From Raja brachyura (Eukaryota), in the NCBI GenBank assembly GCA_963514005.1, contig OY740786.1:37696001-37760000 (forward strand): DNA of 64,000 nucleotides, read 5' to 3'. The position numbers and the translations under genes are program-made. Each line of letters opens with the position of its first letter. The first letter of the stretch is position 1. This document shows positions 37,037 through 48,134 of the stretch, piece by piece. The notes beneath the pieces are model-generated. The model made no database searches, had not been told where the DNA came from, and saw nothing but the letters and a program-made list of their open reading frames with translations.

Positions 37037-37971
37037 AAAGCGACTGAGAGGTGGATGTCTATGACTTTGACTTTTATATTTGTAGGACTCCCAACACTCG
37101 TTTCCAAAGAAATGTTGCCGAAACATCAGACTATATATATATATTTGAAATAAATTCACGATATGGGTTTCGAATTGGTGTGACTTTCATATTTTGGAAA
37201 CATTTTAACATCCTGCAGCAAGTTTAATACTATCTTTGCTTCTCGCGCTCATCAATAGTCCATGACAGGTGACAGGAAAATAAATATGAAGCATCACCAC
37301 TCATGTTCAATCTTCTCGTATCGTAAATGCTAAGCAAAATAGGCTTCACGGTGGACCAAGTTTCATGGAAGTGAAGCACATGGGAAATGCAAAGCAGAAA
37401 CTACACAGCCAACAAGTGGCAAGCAGAAGGGGATCCTCTCAACCCATGTCGTGTCACAGGCAGTCGATGTCGATATTACCCTTCTTTCAGCCCGCGATTT
37501 TCTATCAACTGAGGCAACATTGGAAATTCGTGGAAAGACAAATGCGGTAAGCATCTGCGCCACATATTTATTGCAAATCGAGTCGTTTTGTTTTTTTAAC
37601 AGGCAGGGGACTAGTTTATTTCACTGCCTTCTGATTTTTGGCAGGAGGCCATGCGATGGAGCGATCTCGAAGGCCTCAAGTTAACCATGACTGTGAGAAA
37701 GACTTGGTGGCCCATTGTATATTTTCTCAACTGTTGATTTTTGTACACTACTCATGTCTCTGCAAATAAAACGTATATAATAAACCCATGAAAGTCAAGT
37801 GAGTAATTAAAAGGATTTTCTTCGGTAATCACATTTATTTCGTGCAATAAAAGTTTACATCTAATATATATGCATTAAGTTTCTGTAGGTCCCAAGCCGA
37901 ACCGCCATCGGAGGTTACATCCCAGAGTAAGCAATGGTACATAGAAAAATAATAGTTTGCGTAATGCAAGA

Positions 37972-38092
37972 TGTAAGTAGAAGGAACTGCAGATGCTGGT
38001 TTACCAAAAAAAGACACGAAGTACTGAAGTAACCCAGCGAATCAGACAGAATCTATGACCCACTTAGTTATTCCAGCATTTTTGTGTCTTTT
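37972..38092. mobile_element. Short decayed fold-back PLE repeat
   Basis: AGAAGGAACTGCAGATGCTGG...AAGACACGAAG and inverted CCAGCATTTTTGTGTCTT. Confidence 0.6.
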
Positions 38093-39972
38093 TTTAATGT
38101 AATCCGAGGATTGTTTTTAATGCGTCTACAGGGTGTGTTAGTTAATACTCTATAAGTGATGTATCTATAGCTGAACAGAAAACTAGCAAATGAGGAAGAT
38201 TGTCACGGTATCGCCCGATTTAACAGTGAACTCCAGATTATTCCAGCAGTTTTCAACTTGAATTAATATAAGTATGAACAGCAGTTCTGAATGTAAATTG
38301 TAACAAATTCCGGAAGCATTACGACTGTTCCTGATTGGAAAAGAGTCTGAATAAAGGCAGTGATTAAAAATAAATCTTTCCCCTTAAGTTGTGTTTCGGT
38401 ATTTTAAGTAAGCACAGTAAGTGGTATATTTAACGGAAAAAAAATGATGGACATAAGAAAATCTTTCTTATTTTAAGGCCGCACCAAAAGTAACGATGAA
38501 CCATGTTCTTTGTTTTACAGGCATAGATTGTTTTTATTTAATTTTAATATTTTGTCATCAGTTCTGTGAATAGTCTGATATATTACTACGTTAAGAACAG
38601 TTATGTGTGCTATAGTTGCAGATAACCTATCTAGGTAATTTAACACGAAGCATTGGGGAACAAGTTTATATATTTACCTGGAATTGGTAAGATATATGAT
38701 TACATTCCAGGATCATTTTTCACAAAGATCTTTCCGAGATATTTGATTTGATCTGCTCCCCTCTCCTTCACAACGTACAGTGCCCTCCATAATGTTTGGG
38801 ACAAAGACCCATCGTTTATTTATTTGCCTCTGTACTCCACAATTTGACCTTTGTAATAGAAAAAAATCACATGTGGTTAAAGTGCAATAGATAATAGACA
38901 ATATTAAAGGCCATTAAAGGCCATTATTAAAGGCAGTTTGTATACATTTTGGTTTCACCATGTAGAAATTACAGCTGTGTGTATACCTAGTCCCCCCATT
39001 TCAGGGCGCCAGAATGTTTGGGACACGTGGCTTCACAGGCGTTTGTAATTGCTCAGGCGTGTTTAATTGCCTCCTTAATGCAGGTGTCAGAGAGCTCTCA
39101 GCACCTAGTCTTTCCTTTAGTCTTTCCATCACCTTTGGCAACTTTTATTGCTGTTTATCAACCAGGACCAAAGGTTGTGCCAATTAAAGTCAAATAAGCC
39201 ATTATGAGACTGAGAAACAAGAATAAAACTGTTAGAGACATCTGCCAAACCTTAGGCTTACCAAAATCAACTGTTTGGAACATCATTGAGAAGAAAGAGA
39301 ACACTGGTGAGTTTACTAATCGCAAAGGGACTGGCAGGCCAAAAATGACCTCCACAGCTGCTAACAGAAGAATTCTCTCTATAATAAAAGAAAAATCTCC
39401 AACCACCTGTCCGACAGATCAGAAACACTCTTCAGGAGTCAGGTGTGACAACTGTCCACAGAAGACTTCATGAACAGAAATACAGAGGCTACACTGCAAG
39501 ATGAAAATCACTGGTTAGCTGCAAAAATAGGATGGCCAAGTTACAGTTTGCCAAGAAGTACTTAAAAGAGCAACTACAGTTCTGGAAAAAAGTCTTGTGA
39601 ACAGGTGAGATGAAGATTAACATATCAGAGTGATGGCAAGAGCAAAGTATGGAGGAGCGAAAGAACTGCCCAAGATCCAAAGCATGCCACCTAATCTGTG
39701 AAACACAGTGGTGGGGGTGTTATGGCCTGGGTATGTATAGCTGCTGAAGATAGTGGCTCACTTATCTTTGATGATACAACTCCTGATGGTAGTAGCATAA
39801 TGAATTCTGAAGAGTATAGACACATCCTATCTGCTCAAGTTTAAACAAATGCCTCAAAAGTCATTGGCCAGTGGTTCATTCTACAGCAAGACAATGATCC
39901 CAAAGAGGGTTACACAAAAAGCTGGAGAAACTCAGCGGGTGCAGCAGCATCTAAGGAGCGAAGGAGATAGGC

Positions 39973-40000
39973 GACGTTTCGGGTCGAGACCCTTCTTCAG
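39973..40000 (-). ncRNA. Putative minimal type-I hammerhead ribozyme (copy 1)
   Basis: CUGAAGA-A-GGGU(CUCG)ACCC-GAAA-CGUC. Palindromic ACGU stem III; stem I is weak. Activity untested. Confidence 0.6.
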
Positions 40001-40176
40001 ACTGGTCGTAGGGAGGAGGAGAACTTCTTCAAAGTAGGCATACCTTGAGGAGATATCGCAGTGGAGTAGACAAAGTGTTAAAGAAGGAACTGCAGATGCT
40101 GGAGAATCGAGGGTTACACAAAAAGCTGGAGAAACTCAGCGGGTGCAGCAGCATCTAAGGAGCGAAGGAGATAGGC

Positions 40177-40204
40177 GACGTTTCGGGTCGAGACCCTTCT
40201 TCAG
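40177..40204 (-). ncRNA. Putative minimal type-I hammerhead ribozyme (copy 2)
   Basis: Same core. Flanks GGGU / GCCU can form a 4-bp stem I with two G-U pairs. Confidence 0.6.
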
Positions 40205-43200
40205 ACCCGAAGATACTGCTAAAACCATAAAGGGGTTTCTCAAAGCTAAAATACAGTAAATTGTTTAGTGGCCAAGTCAATCACCCGATGTGAACCAAAT
40301 TGAGCATGCCTTTTATATGCTGAAGAGAAAACTGAAGGTGACTAGACCCCAAAACAAGCATAAGCTAAAGATGGCTGCAATACAGGCCTGGCAGAGCATC
40401 ACCGGAGAAGACACCCAGCAACTGGTGATGTCCATGAATCGCAGACTTTAAGCAGTCATTGCATGCAAAGGATATGCAACACAATTCTAAACATGACTAC
40501 TTTCAGTTACATGACACCTAACATTATGGTGCCCTGAAATGGAGGAGGGGGGGGGGGGGGGGGGGGGAGAGGTTGCTATGTATAAACACTGTTGTAATTT
40601 CTACAAGGTAAAACCAAAATGTATACAAATGGCCTTTATTAAAATCGGACAGGGTGCACTAACCACATGGATTTTTTTTCTATTACAAATCTCAAATTGT
40701 GGAGTACAGAGACAAATAAATAAATAATTGGTCTTTGTCCCAAACATTATGGCGGGCATTGTAACTGATTAACAATGAGCAATGATGGGAGGCGGGGAAG
40801 AACTCCGCTAACACGTTGCCATGGAACACGCTTATCACTGTTCCCATAGTTTAACACGTCTGCGATCCAAATCCTTGTTGTGATATTTAAATTGAGCCGT
40901 CTTCGTAATGCCACTGTCCTAAATCCGACAAATGGCGATCAGCTGGCTGTTAATTAGTAAACCCATTCACAGAAAATGGTGATTGTTTGCAATGTTCAGC
41001 ATCCAATAATATATTTTACCTTTTAAAACATTTTTCTACCAAAAACACATAGTGAAACGTGCCATTAAGTGTAAAGGTAATTTTGATACATTGTTTTATG
41101 TGCGGTAGAAATTATATAAGATGCAATTTTTCCAATGAAGTACACTTCAATGCAGCCCGCTGTGTTCGACGGAGCCTACTAATTTAAATGTACTGCATGT
41201 GCATTATTTGAACAAATAAAGTTGTGGACCCGAAGGCCAATTAGAAGGCTAGCCCTTTTTTTTCCGATTTTATACTCGGTATAGCAGACCTTTTTTAAAA
41301 AAGAAAACTGATCTATAAGAAGACATTTCATGTAACCCAAAACAACAAACATCACTTCTTCCGTCGTAAGTAGGTGTGATTCTACTCTTACCTACAACAT
41401 TGCTCCGGAATTATTGAAAACATCTTAAAAATCCCCAATATTTATAAGCTTTTGAGACAGGAAATGAATGTACTATTTAATTTATTTCGCTCTTTAATTG
41501 GATGTGGGAGACGTGGGTGGTGAATCTTTGTGAGTCGCCTATTGCAATCACCAATATCTTTAGTTGGAGCAATAATATTCTCTTTTGATCCTATGGGACT
41601 GTCGAATTTCTTCCCACAAAGACACGCATACATAATGGACAATGTTCAGCTCCTACTGGAATTGCCAGTGGATCAGAATTCTGTTGAGAATTATGTGCAG
41701 GAATGTGTGATTGCACTCCTAGGGTCGATATTATTTTGAATTATTTTTAATGAGGCACAACTAGTTCTGAATAATTCTTCAATCGAGATCTTCCACAAAT
41801 AGCTGGCCAAGATTTTGGAATTTAATGGTGCTGTAACACTAGATACAATTAAACGCTTCTGACGCTAAGGTGTTGTGATACGAACCATGATATGAACTGC
41901 TGGATGAGAACTATACTCTTACTTAACCATGAGCATTTCAAAGAAAGTTGTAATAATGAGCTTTTTTAGACTTCCAACAATGATGCATATAATGTGCACT
42001 TTTGCTACTTAATGAAACTGTTATAAATTAGTATTCGTCCTCTCCATGGCGATTATAAAGTATTATTGTGTAAAACGTCAAAAATTGCACAGGAAATACT
42101 ATGATTTGTTTTCATATTTTCAAAAACGAGGTAAACTAATTCACGAGACGAGCTTTGAGCATATACTTCCGCCTTGCTCACTACCGCTGTAATACAATCA
42201 AGAATTTTAAAATCGTTTTAAAACGTCAACAGCAGCAGATCACCCATTTCCTACAGAGGATTATCTATTTTTGGTTAGTTTTACAAACTCAGAATGCAGA
42301 CAAGCCACATGCAGTGCTGATTTCAAAGGCCAACACAATAAGCGGGCCAATTAAGAAGGGGTCAAGGGCCAAATAATGCCTTTTTAAAATTAATCTTACA
42401 CTCGAATTTCAAAGTCTGGCATGAGGTAAGAGTAAAACAAAGGCATATTGTATTTAATTTTAATCACTTTTGATGCAAAATACGTAAATTGGAAGTTAAT
42501 TTGTTTAATTACCGCAATTAACGTTTCATTTCATTTACCGATTCTATATGATTTTTATTCTAAACGCTGTTGTTAGTATATAATAACATGGAACAGCTTA
42601 TGAAGTGATATTGCATATGTATTCAAATAAATCAATTCCTTTGATTAGCAAAGAACAGCCAACTGTCTACGTCCGACTGGTAGTAATTGCGATTTCATTC
42701 ATAACGATGCAATATTAAATATTGAAAGCCTTAATTGTGCTTTCCATCCCAGGGTGCTTGCTGCTGTACCCCTTCAGGGGGGAGATAAGAGCATGCTTGC
42801 CTGGGATCTGGATGTTACTGTTCTGATTATATATAGAACATCTTGCAAAGCCCATTGTAATCTAATTACCGCTTACAAAAGCAGAAGACCTCTTGCGGAA
42901 GAAAAAAGCGAAGACTATAGAATCTTTGAAATTCGAAACCACTATAGCAGGAATTTCAAGTTCTGAGAAATCGCTGTCTTGTCCCGCATCTGATCTGATT
43001 TATTAGATTTTTTAACGAAATCATGCATCTTTTAGAAGCCTTTAATCATTCCATGAAATTTTAATTCATGAACTGTGGTGCGTTTAAATAAATGAAGCGT
43101 TAATTCATTAGGATTAATTAATTTGTTAAAAAGTTCTATGCACGGCCGACCAGCATTGATCTGTTAGTGTTATGTACTAATAGGATAATGAAGAGCTGAC

Positions 43201-44379
43201 GATAAGATTAAGTATTTCTTAGCCGGGATCAACATTTACAAATGTTTGTTGTCAAAAGTTTATGATCTAATATGAAGTGGCACATAGATAAACAGCAGAG
43301 CACATCCGTAAATCGAAATATTGTATTTCCTTTTATGTGTCCGCAATACTCTTTTATTCATATAATTGATTCATTTTTAGATTCACAGCGCAAATATCTA
43401 CCCGCGGACTTTCACTCCATGCGATCTGAGTTTGAAAGGCGCTGACAAAAACAAAAGCCTCGAATCCACCCTCACTTGACCTATACCACTGGACAGGTGT
43501 TAGAGACGGTGGGTTCGACCTGTCTCTGTCCCCGCGCCTGAGTAGAATAGGCACCTTAAGACGCGGATTGATCTTTGCTAAGGAACACCCTTGAAAGGAT
43601 GGCGAATAATTGTTTGCACCATCCTGGATTGCATTGTTGTATTCGAAGCTTTGTGTTCTCCAAGTGTAAACGGCGTTCCAGTTCTCGCCATTCATTCACT
43701 TTAAATCAATAGCGTATAACGTGTCAATGAGAACGAGTTCAAAATCGGATTAGAGCGCATAAAACGAATCGTCAATAATGCACAATGATTGTATCAACAC
43801 AAACCCAATTGCGATTACGCTTTGATTATACCCGTTTTATTGACATTAGGGTGTTTATTGTCTGGAGTTTATACTTTCTAACCGAGGGCGGGGGCGCAAT
43901 GCGAAGAAGTGACGAGGACGTTTGACTGGTCGGCGTGGACTGATTTATCTCCCAATGCAAATCGCGACGAACGCACATGGTTACATTGACCCACATATTG
44001 GAGAGCCGATCGTGTTACCGTACTGCTGCAATGCTGTATAGTCTTCAGTTTAGACAGCATTACTGTAAGATCAAGCCGCGGTACTCAACTTGCGAGCAAA
44101 TGCGGGTAAAGTAGGCTTTCCACAGACAGCAAGCGGGGCTGAGACTGCATCCAAGTCGCTGAACCATGTACACTCACTGCTATTTGGATTTATCTTATTC
44201 TTTGCAGCCTTTCCAAGACCAGTGGCATTTTGTCCCAATCAGGGGTAGTTCAGAGACGGAAGCGCACAACCCGGCCTGATAACCCCGTCGTTCCCTCCCT
44301 CCCCTAGTGGCCCACGCAGGGGCTGCTACACTGCTGCCTGGCGAATGAGAGGTTTAAAATAAGTTGTCTCATCGTGCCC

Positions 44380-44665
44380 TAGCCCCGGGTTGGATCGCGA
44401 TCTGGGTTGCTGCCTGTTTGGAGTTTGCACGTTCTCTCAGTGACTGCGAGGATTTCCTCTGGGTGCTCCGGTTTCCTCCCACGATGCCAAAGACGGGCGG
44501 GGTTGTAGGTTAATTGACCTCTGTAGAGTGCTCCCAGCGTGTAGGCAGTGGATGAGCGAGTGGGACAACATAGAACGAGCGTGAAAGGGTGATCGATGGT
44601 CGTCCTGGACTCGGCGGGACGAATGGCCTGTTTCCATGCTATATCTCAATGAATCAATCAATCAA
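44380..44665 (+). mobile_element. V-SINE/HE1-like SINE, (TCAA)n tail
   Basis: GGAGTTTGCACGTTCTC...GGGTGCTCCGGTTTCCTCCCAC core and a CR1-like tail GAATGGCCTGTTTCCATGCT. Confidence 0.8.
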
Positions 44666-44669
44666 TAAA

Positions 44670-45098
44670 AAAAGAACACCTTATATTTCCCTCGGGCAGC
44701 TGACACCCCAGCTTGGGCAGCTTACACCCTAGCGGTATGAATATTGACTTCACTAACTAAGTATCCCTTGCTTTTCCTTTCTCTGCACCCCCCCCCCCCC
44801 CCCCCCTTCCCAGTTCTCCGATTGCTTTCGTTTACATTTTATCTCTGTTTGCTTTGTTGTTACATTCTCCTAGCTATCAATGGTCTGTCTATTCTATATG
44901 TTCGTTGATCTGCATCCTCTTTGCCTTGTTTTCCACCTTACACTTCCCTATCTCTGTAGTTCCCTCTCCCCTGATTCGGTCTGAAGAAAGGTCTCGACCC
45001 AAGCATCACCCATTCCTTCTATCCAGAGACGCTGAGTTACTCCAGCATTTTGTGTCCATCATCGGTTGAAACCAGCATCTGCAGTTCCTTCCTACACA
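44670..45098 (+). mobile_element. PLE 3' end: last GIY-YIG codons, 3' UTR and decayed hammerhead repeat
   Basis: EHLIF..GS / LGSLHPSGMNIDF stop, poly-C, then CTGAAGAAAGGTCTCGACCC at ~44981. Same order as the 58051-58645 copy. Confidence 0.75.
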
Positions 45099-45534
45099 AT
45101 AAAATAGAACAGATGGACGCAAAATATCCCACGCAAGATGCTGGGTGCAGAGTAAGAGAGTCCTCCAATGCCAATTAAAATAATGCATGTGGGCTCCAAC
45201 TAGGTCCTGCTCGAGTGGCGCCTTTGAAATTACAAACGGGGTGAGACTTAGCTTTGTTGTCTCGGAAACTAGCTTGGAGCTTTGTGGCATGGTACAAGGA
45301 CTTGCTAAATGCAAGCTTTTTCCTTAACATCAACCTCACGAGAAGAATCGTTCACTGTATATAACAAACCCCTTCTCTTTACATCGACCGTTTAATGCAC
45401 CGAAACAACTGATAGTGTTTCCATTTCCATGCGTCCGAGAATTCAGGTTCGACCCTGACCACCGACGCACTTTGGGTGGAATTTGGATATCCTCCCTGTG
45501 TCCACACTAGGGCGCTCCCACATCTCAAAGATGC

Positions 45535-46170
45535 GTGCAGGGGTGATCTTATAGAGGTGTATGAGAAGAACAGATAGGGTAAATGCACAGTCTTTTACCC
45601 AGAGGAGGGAAATCAAGAACTAGAAGACATAGTTTTAAGGTGAGGGGAAAAAGATTTAATAGGAACCTAAGGGGCAACTTTTTTACACAAAGTATGGTAG
45701 GTATATGTAGTGAGATGCCACAGGAGGAAGTTGAGCTATGTACTATCACAATGTTTGAAAAATATTTGGAGAGGTACAGTGGTGTTGCAGTAGCGCAGCT
45801 AGAGTTGCTGGATTTTCAGTGCCAGTGACCTGGGTTCAAATCTGACTTTGGGCGCTGTCTGTACATTTTCTCTGTGACCATGTGGGTTTTCTCCAGGTGC
45901 TCCAGTTTCCTCCCACATTCCAAAGATGTGCAGGTTTGTAGGTTAATTTGCTTCTGTAAATTGTTCCTTATGTGTAGGATAGAACTAGCGTGCAGGTATT
46001 CGCTGGTGGGTGCAGATTCAGTGGATGTCTAAAACTAAAGGTACAGGGATAAGATAGATTTAAAGGGCATGGGCCAAACACATGCAGTTGGGACAGGTGT
46101 AAATGGGGCAGATTGGTCGGCATGGGCAAGTTGGGCTGAAGGGCTTGTCACCAAGCTCTTTGACTCTTTG
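45535..46170 (+). mobile_element. Decayed CR1 3' end interrupted by a SINE
   Basis: RGDLIEVY, SRTRRHSFKVRGKRFNRNLRGNFFTQ. Resumes after 46039. Confidence 0.7.
45780..46038 (+). mobile_element. V-SINE/HE1-like tRNA SINE with AGGTACAG target duplication
   Basis: A-box/B-box-like head (GGGTTCAAATC), V core, CTAAA tail. AGGTACAG at 45772-45779 and 46039-46046. Confidence 0.8.
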
Positions 46171-46231
46171 GCCACTGTAAATTGTCCCACAGTGTTTTGG
46201 AGAAACTCAACAAGTCAGGCAGCATCTCTAG

Positions 46232-47105
46232 GTGTCACACTTGCCACACATCCATACACTTGAGAGTTTTTCCACACTCCTCCCCTGAGCTATTAGGAAT
46301 GACACCTGCATTTAATCTGCTCCCCTATTCTATCACTTGGTACAAATACCCGTGATCATCGCCAATTGGGTGCTGACTAATCAGTTCAGCATTCTGTCGG
46401 TTCGATAGCAGTTCCTAGTTCTGTCGGTTCCTGGTCTATATCTTTCGGTTCCATTTGCTTTTGGGTTTTCTTCAGTACTTTGCGACGAGCCTGCTATTTC
46501 AGCCCTTTCCATTTCGGGGCTCCCTGACAGATTAGTCGGCCAGTATGGACTCGGCAGGTAATTTTGATAGCAAGATCTCCACGGGGGGAGGATTGTCACA
46601 TTAATTGCCTTCGCTCCGCTTGTCGTCCCCTCACCTCTGTGTCTGTTGCTCATAGTGACAATCCTGGCCTGTCCAAAGTATCATCCGAGTATCATGACCT
46701 GAAAGGGGTCTTCTGCAAGTTCCGAGCCACCTCTGCTCCCAGACCAAGAGAAGGTCTCTATTCCCTCTGCCCAGGAGTTTGTGCGCCGCGGTCGACGGAC
46801 CTGGAAGGAGGCCCATTCTGCCCTGCTCCACACCGCTTCGAGGTACAGGCAAAAAGCGGATCGTCACCGGATCCCTGCCCCTCGTTATCGCCCTAGTCAA
46901 AGGGTCCATCCGAGATCTCCCCCCTCCACGTTGAGTCCCGTAAATTGGCACCCTGGTTTATTGGCCCATTCTCAAGATCATTAACCCCTCTGCTGTCCGC
47001 CTTGGACTGCCCGGGTCTATGGGGAATTCACCCCCACCTTTCACGTATCACAGGTTAAGCCTGTGTCCTCCAGCTCCCTGTCCCCCGCTCCTCTGCTACC
47101 TCCGA
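46232..47105 (+). mobile_element. Internally deleted sushi-like Gypsy remnant (LTR, pol linker, integrase C-terminus)
   Basis: TGTCAC start. LSKVSSEYHDLKGVFCKFRATS (pre-RT linker), RRTWKEAHSALLHTASRYRQKADRHRIPAPRY, and PTFHVSQVKP (GPY/F module). Confidence 0.7.
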
Positions 47106-48134
47106 TAAGGGCACTTCTTCAGAGTCAGAGAATTGTGAGTCTATCCAGCTACATGAAGAATACTGGAAACTCAGATCTTGAATATTTTAAAGGAAAGGCA
47201 AATAGTTTAAATGAGCAAGAGTGTGAAGAATTATCATGGTTAATTCAGAATGTGCTTTGAGGTTACAATCAGAGAAACCATGATCTTATTAAATGACAGA
47301 ACAGACCAGTGGGAGAACATAAGAGAAGGACATACTGTGCAATTATACAGTATCTACCGATCATTTTCCATACCTATTCCCATATCCGTTGATACATTTG
47401 ATATTCAGAAATCCATTGATCTCTCTTTTGAATGCAAGTAATGAGCAGACATCTATGGTCCTCTGGGATCGAGAATTCCAAAGATTCATCATCCTATATC
47501 TCGCTCCTTGGTGGACTATCCCTTATCTTGAAACTGCCATCCCAGCTCCAGCGAGGGAGGGAATTCTGTGTGAATCTATCCAGTTGAGACTTCCAAGGAT
47601 TTTCTGTTTCAGAGAGGTTATTCTTCATTCTTTTACGAATAGAATAGAGGCCTATTTTGTGCAATTATTTATCATATGATCGATGTGGCCTTTTAGACCA
47701 TTGTCGAGTGAATCTTTGCTTTGTGCTCTGTCCATACCACATATGTAGTTACTTATGAAAAGAGGACCTATGCCTCTCATAATTATATGTCGTGTCTCCC
47801 CCTCAGCCTCTGATGCTCCAGAGAAAACAATCCAAGTCCCATGAGATTTTTATAGTGGCAAATATAACATTGCTACTTTACAGGAGTAAAATAGAAACAA
47901 TATACCAGTTAGCCTGAAATCTACTGTGTGGTTAGATACAAGGACTGGTTTTGGCAAAGCAGTAAAGTGCCACTTGGAAAATCATAATCTGTAATCTGAT
48001 TGCAGAGTCAATAAATCAAATACCCGAGGAACTCGGTGTTCAGGCAACACCTGTGCAGGGAAAGGGACAGTCAACATTTCGTGTGAGGACACTCACTAAC
48101 CGTGCACGAATAGAGGTGTTTGCCAGTATAAAGA

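Larger units (their letters stand above)
39905..40211 (-). mobile_element. Non-coding mini-PLE: two identical 98-bp terminal repeats (204-nt period), nested in the Tc1 transposase
   Basis: 39905-40002 is identical to 40109-40206. The insertion splits the Tc1 motif QDNDPK|(H)TAK. Confidence 0.85.
38778..40761 (+). mobile_element. Full-span Tc1 (DD34E, IR/DR type) DNA transposon with pseudogenised transposase
   Basis: TA|CAGTGCCCTCCATAATGTTTGGGACAAAGACC ... GGTCTTTGTCCCAAACATTATGGCGGGCATTG|TA. ~250-bp inverted ends with an inner repeat near 39002-39026. HTH region TVRDICQTLGLPKSTVWNII..GRP; catalytic QQDNDPK and WPSQSPDVNQIEH. Several stops and frameshifts. Confidence 0.93.

Noticed and set aside
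39905-40206. Direct repeats with a spacer as a CRISPR array or LTR pair
   Set aside because: Only two 98-bp units, in a eukaryotic context with no cas genes and no TG...CA ends or PBS. The sequence matches the PLE terminus at 58051.
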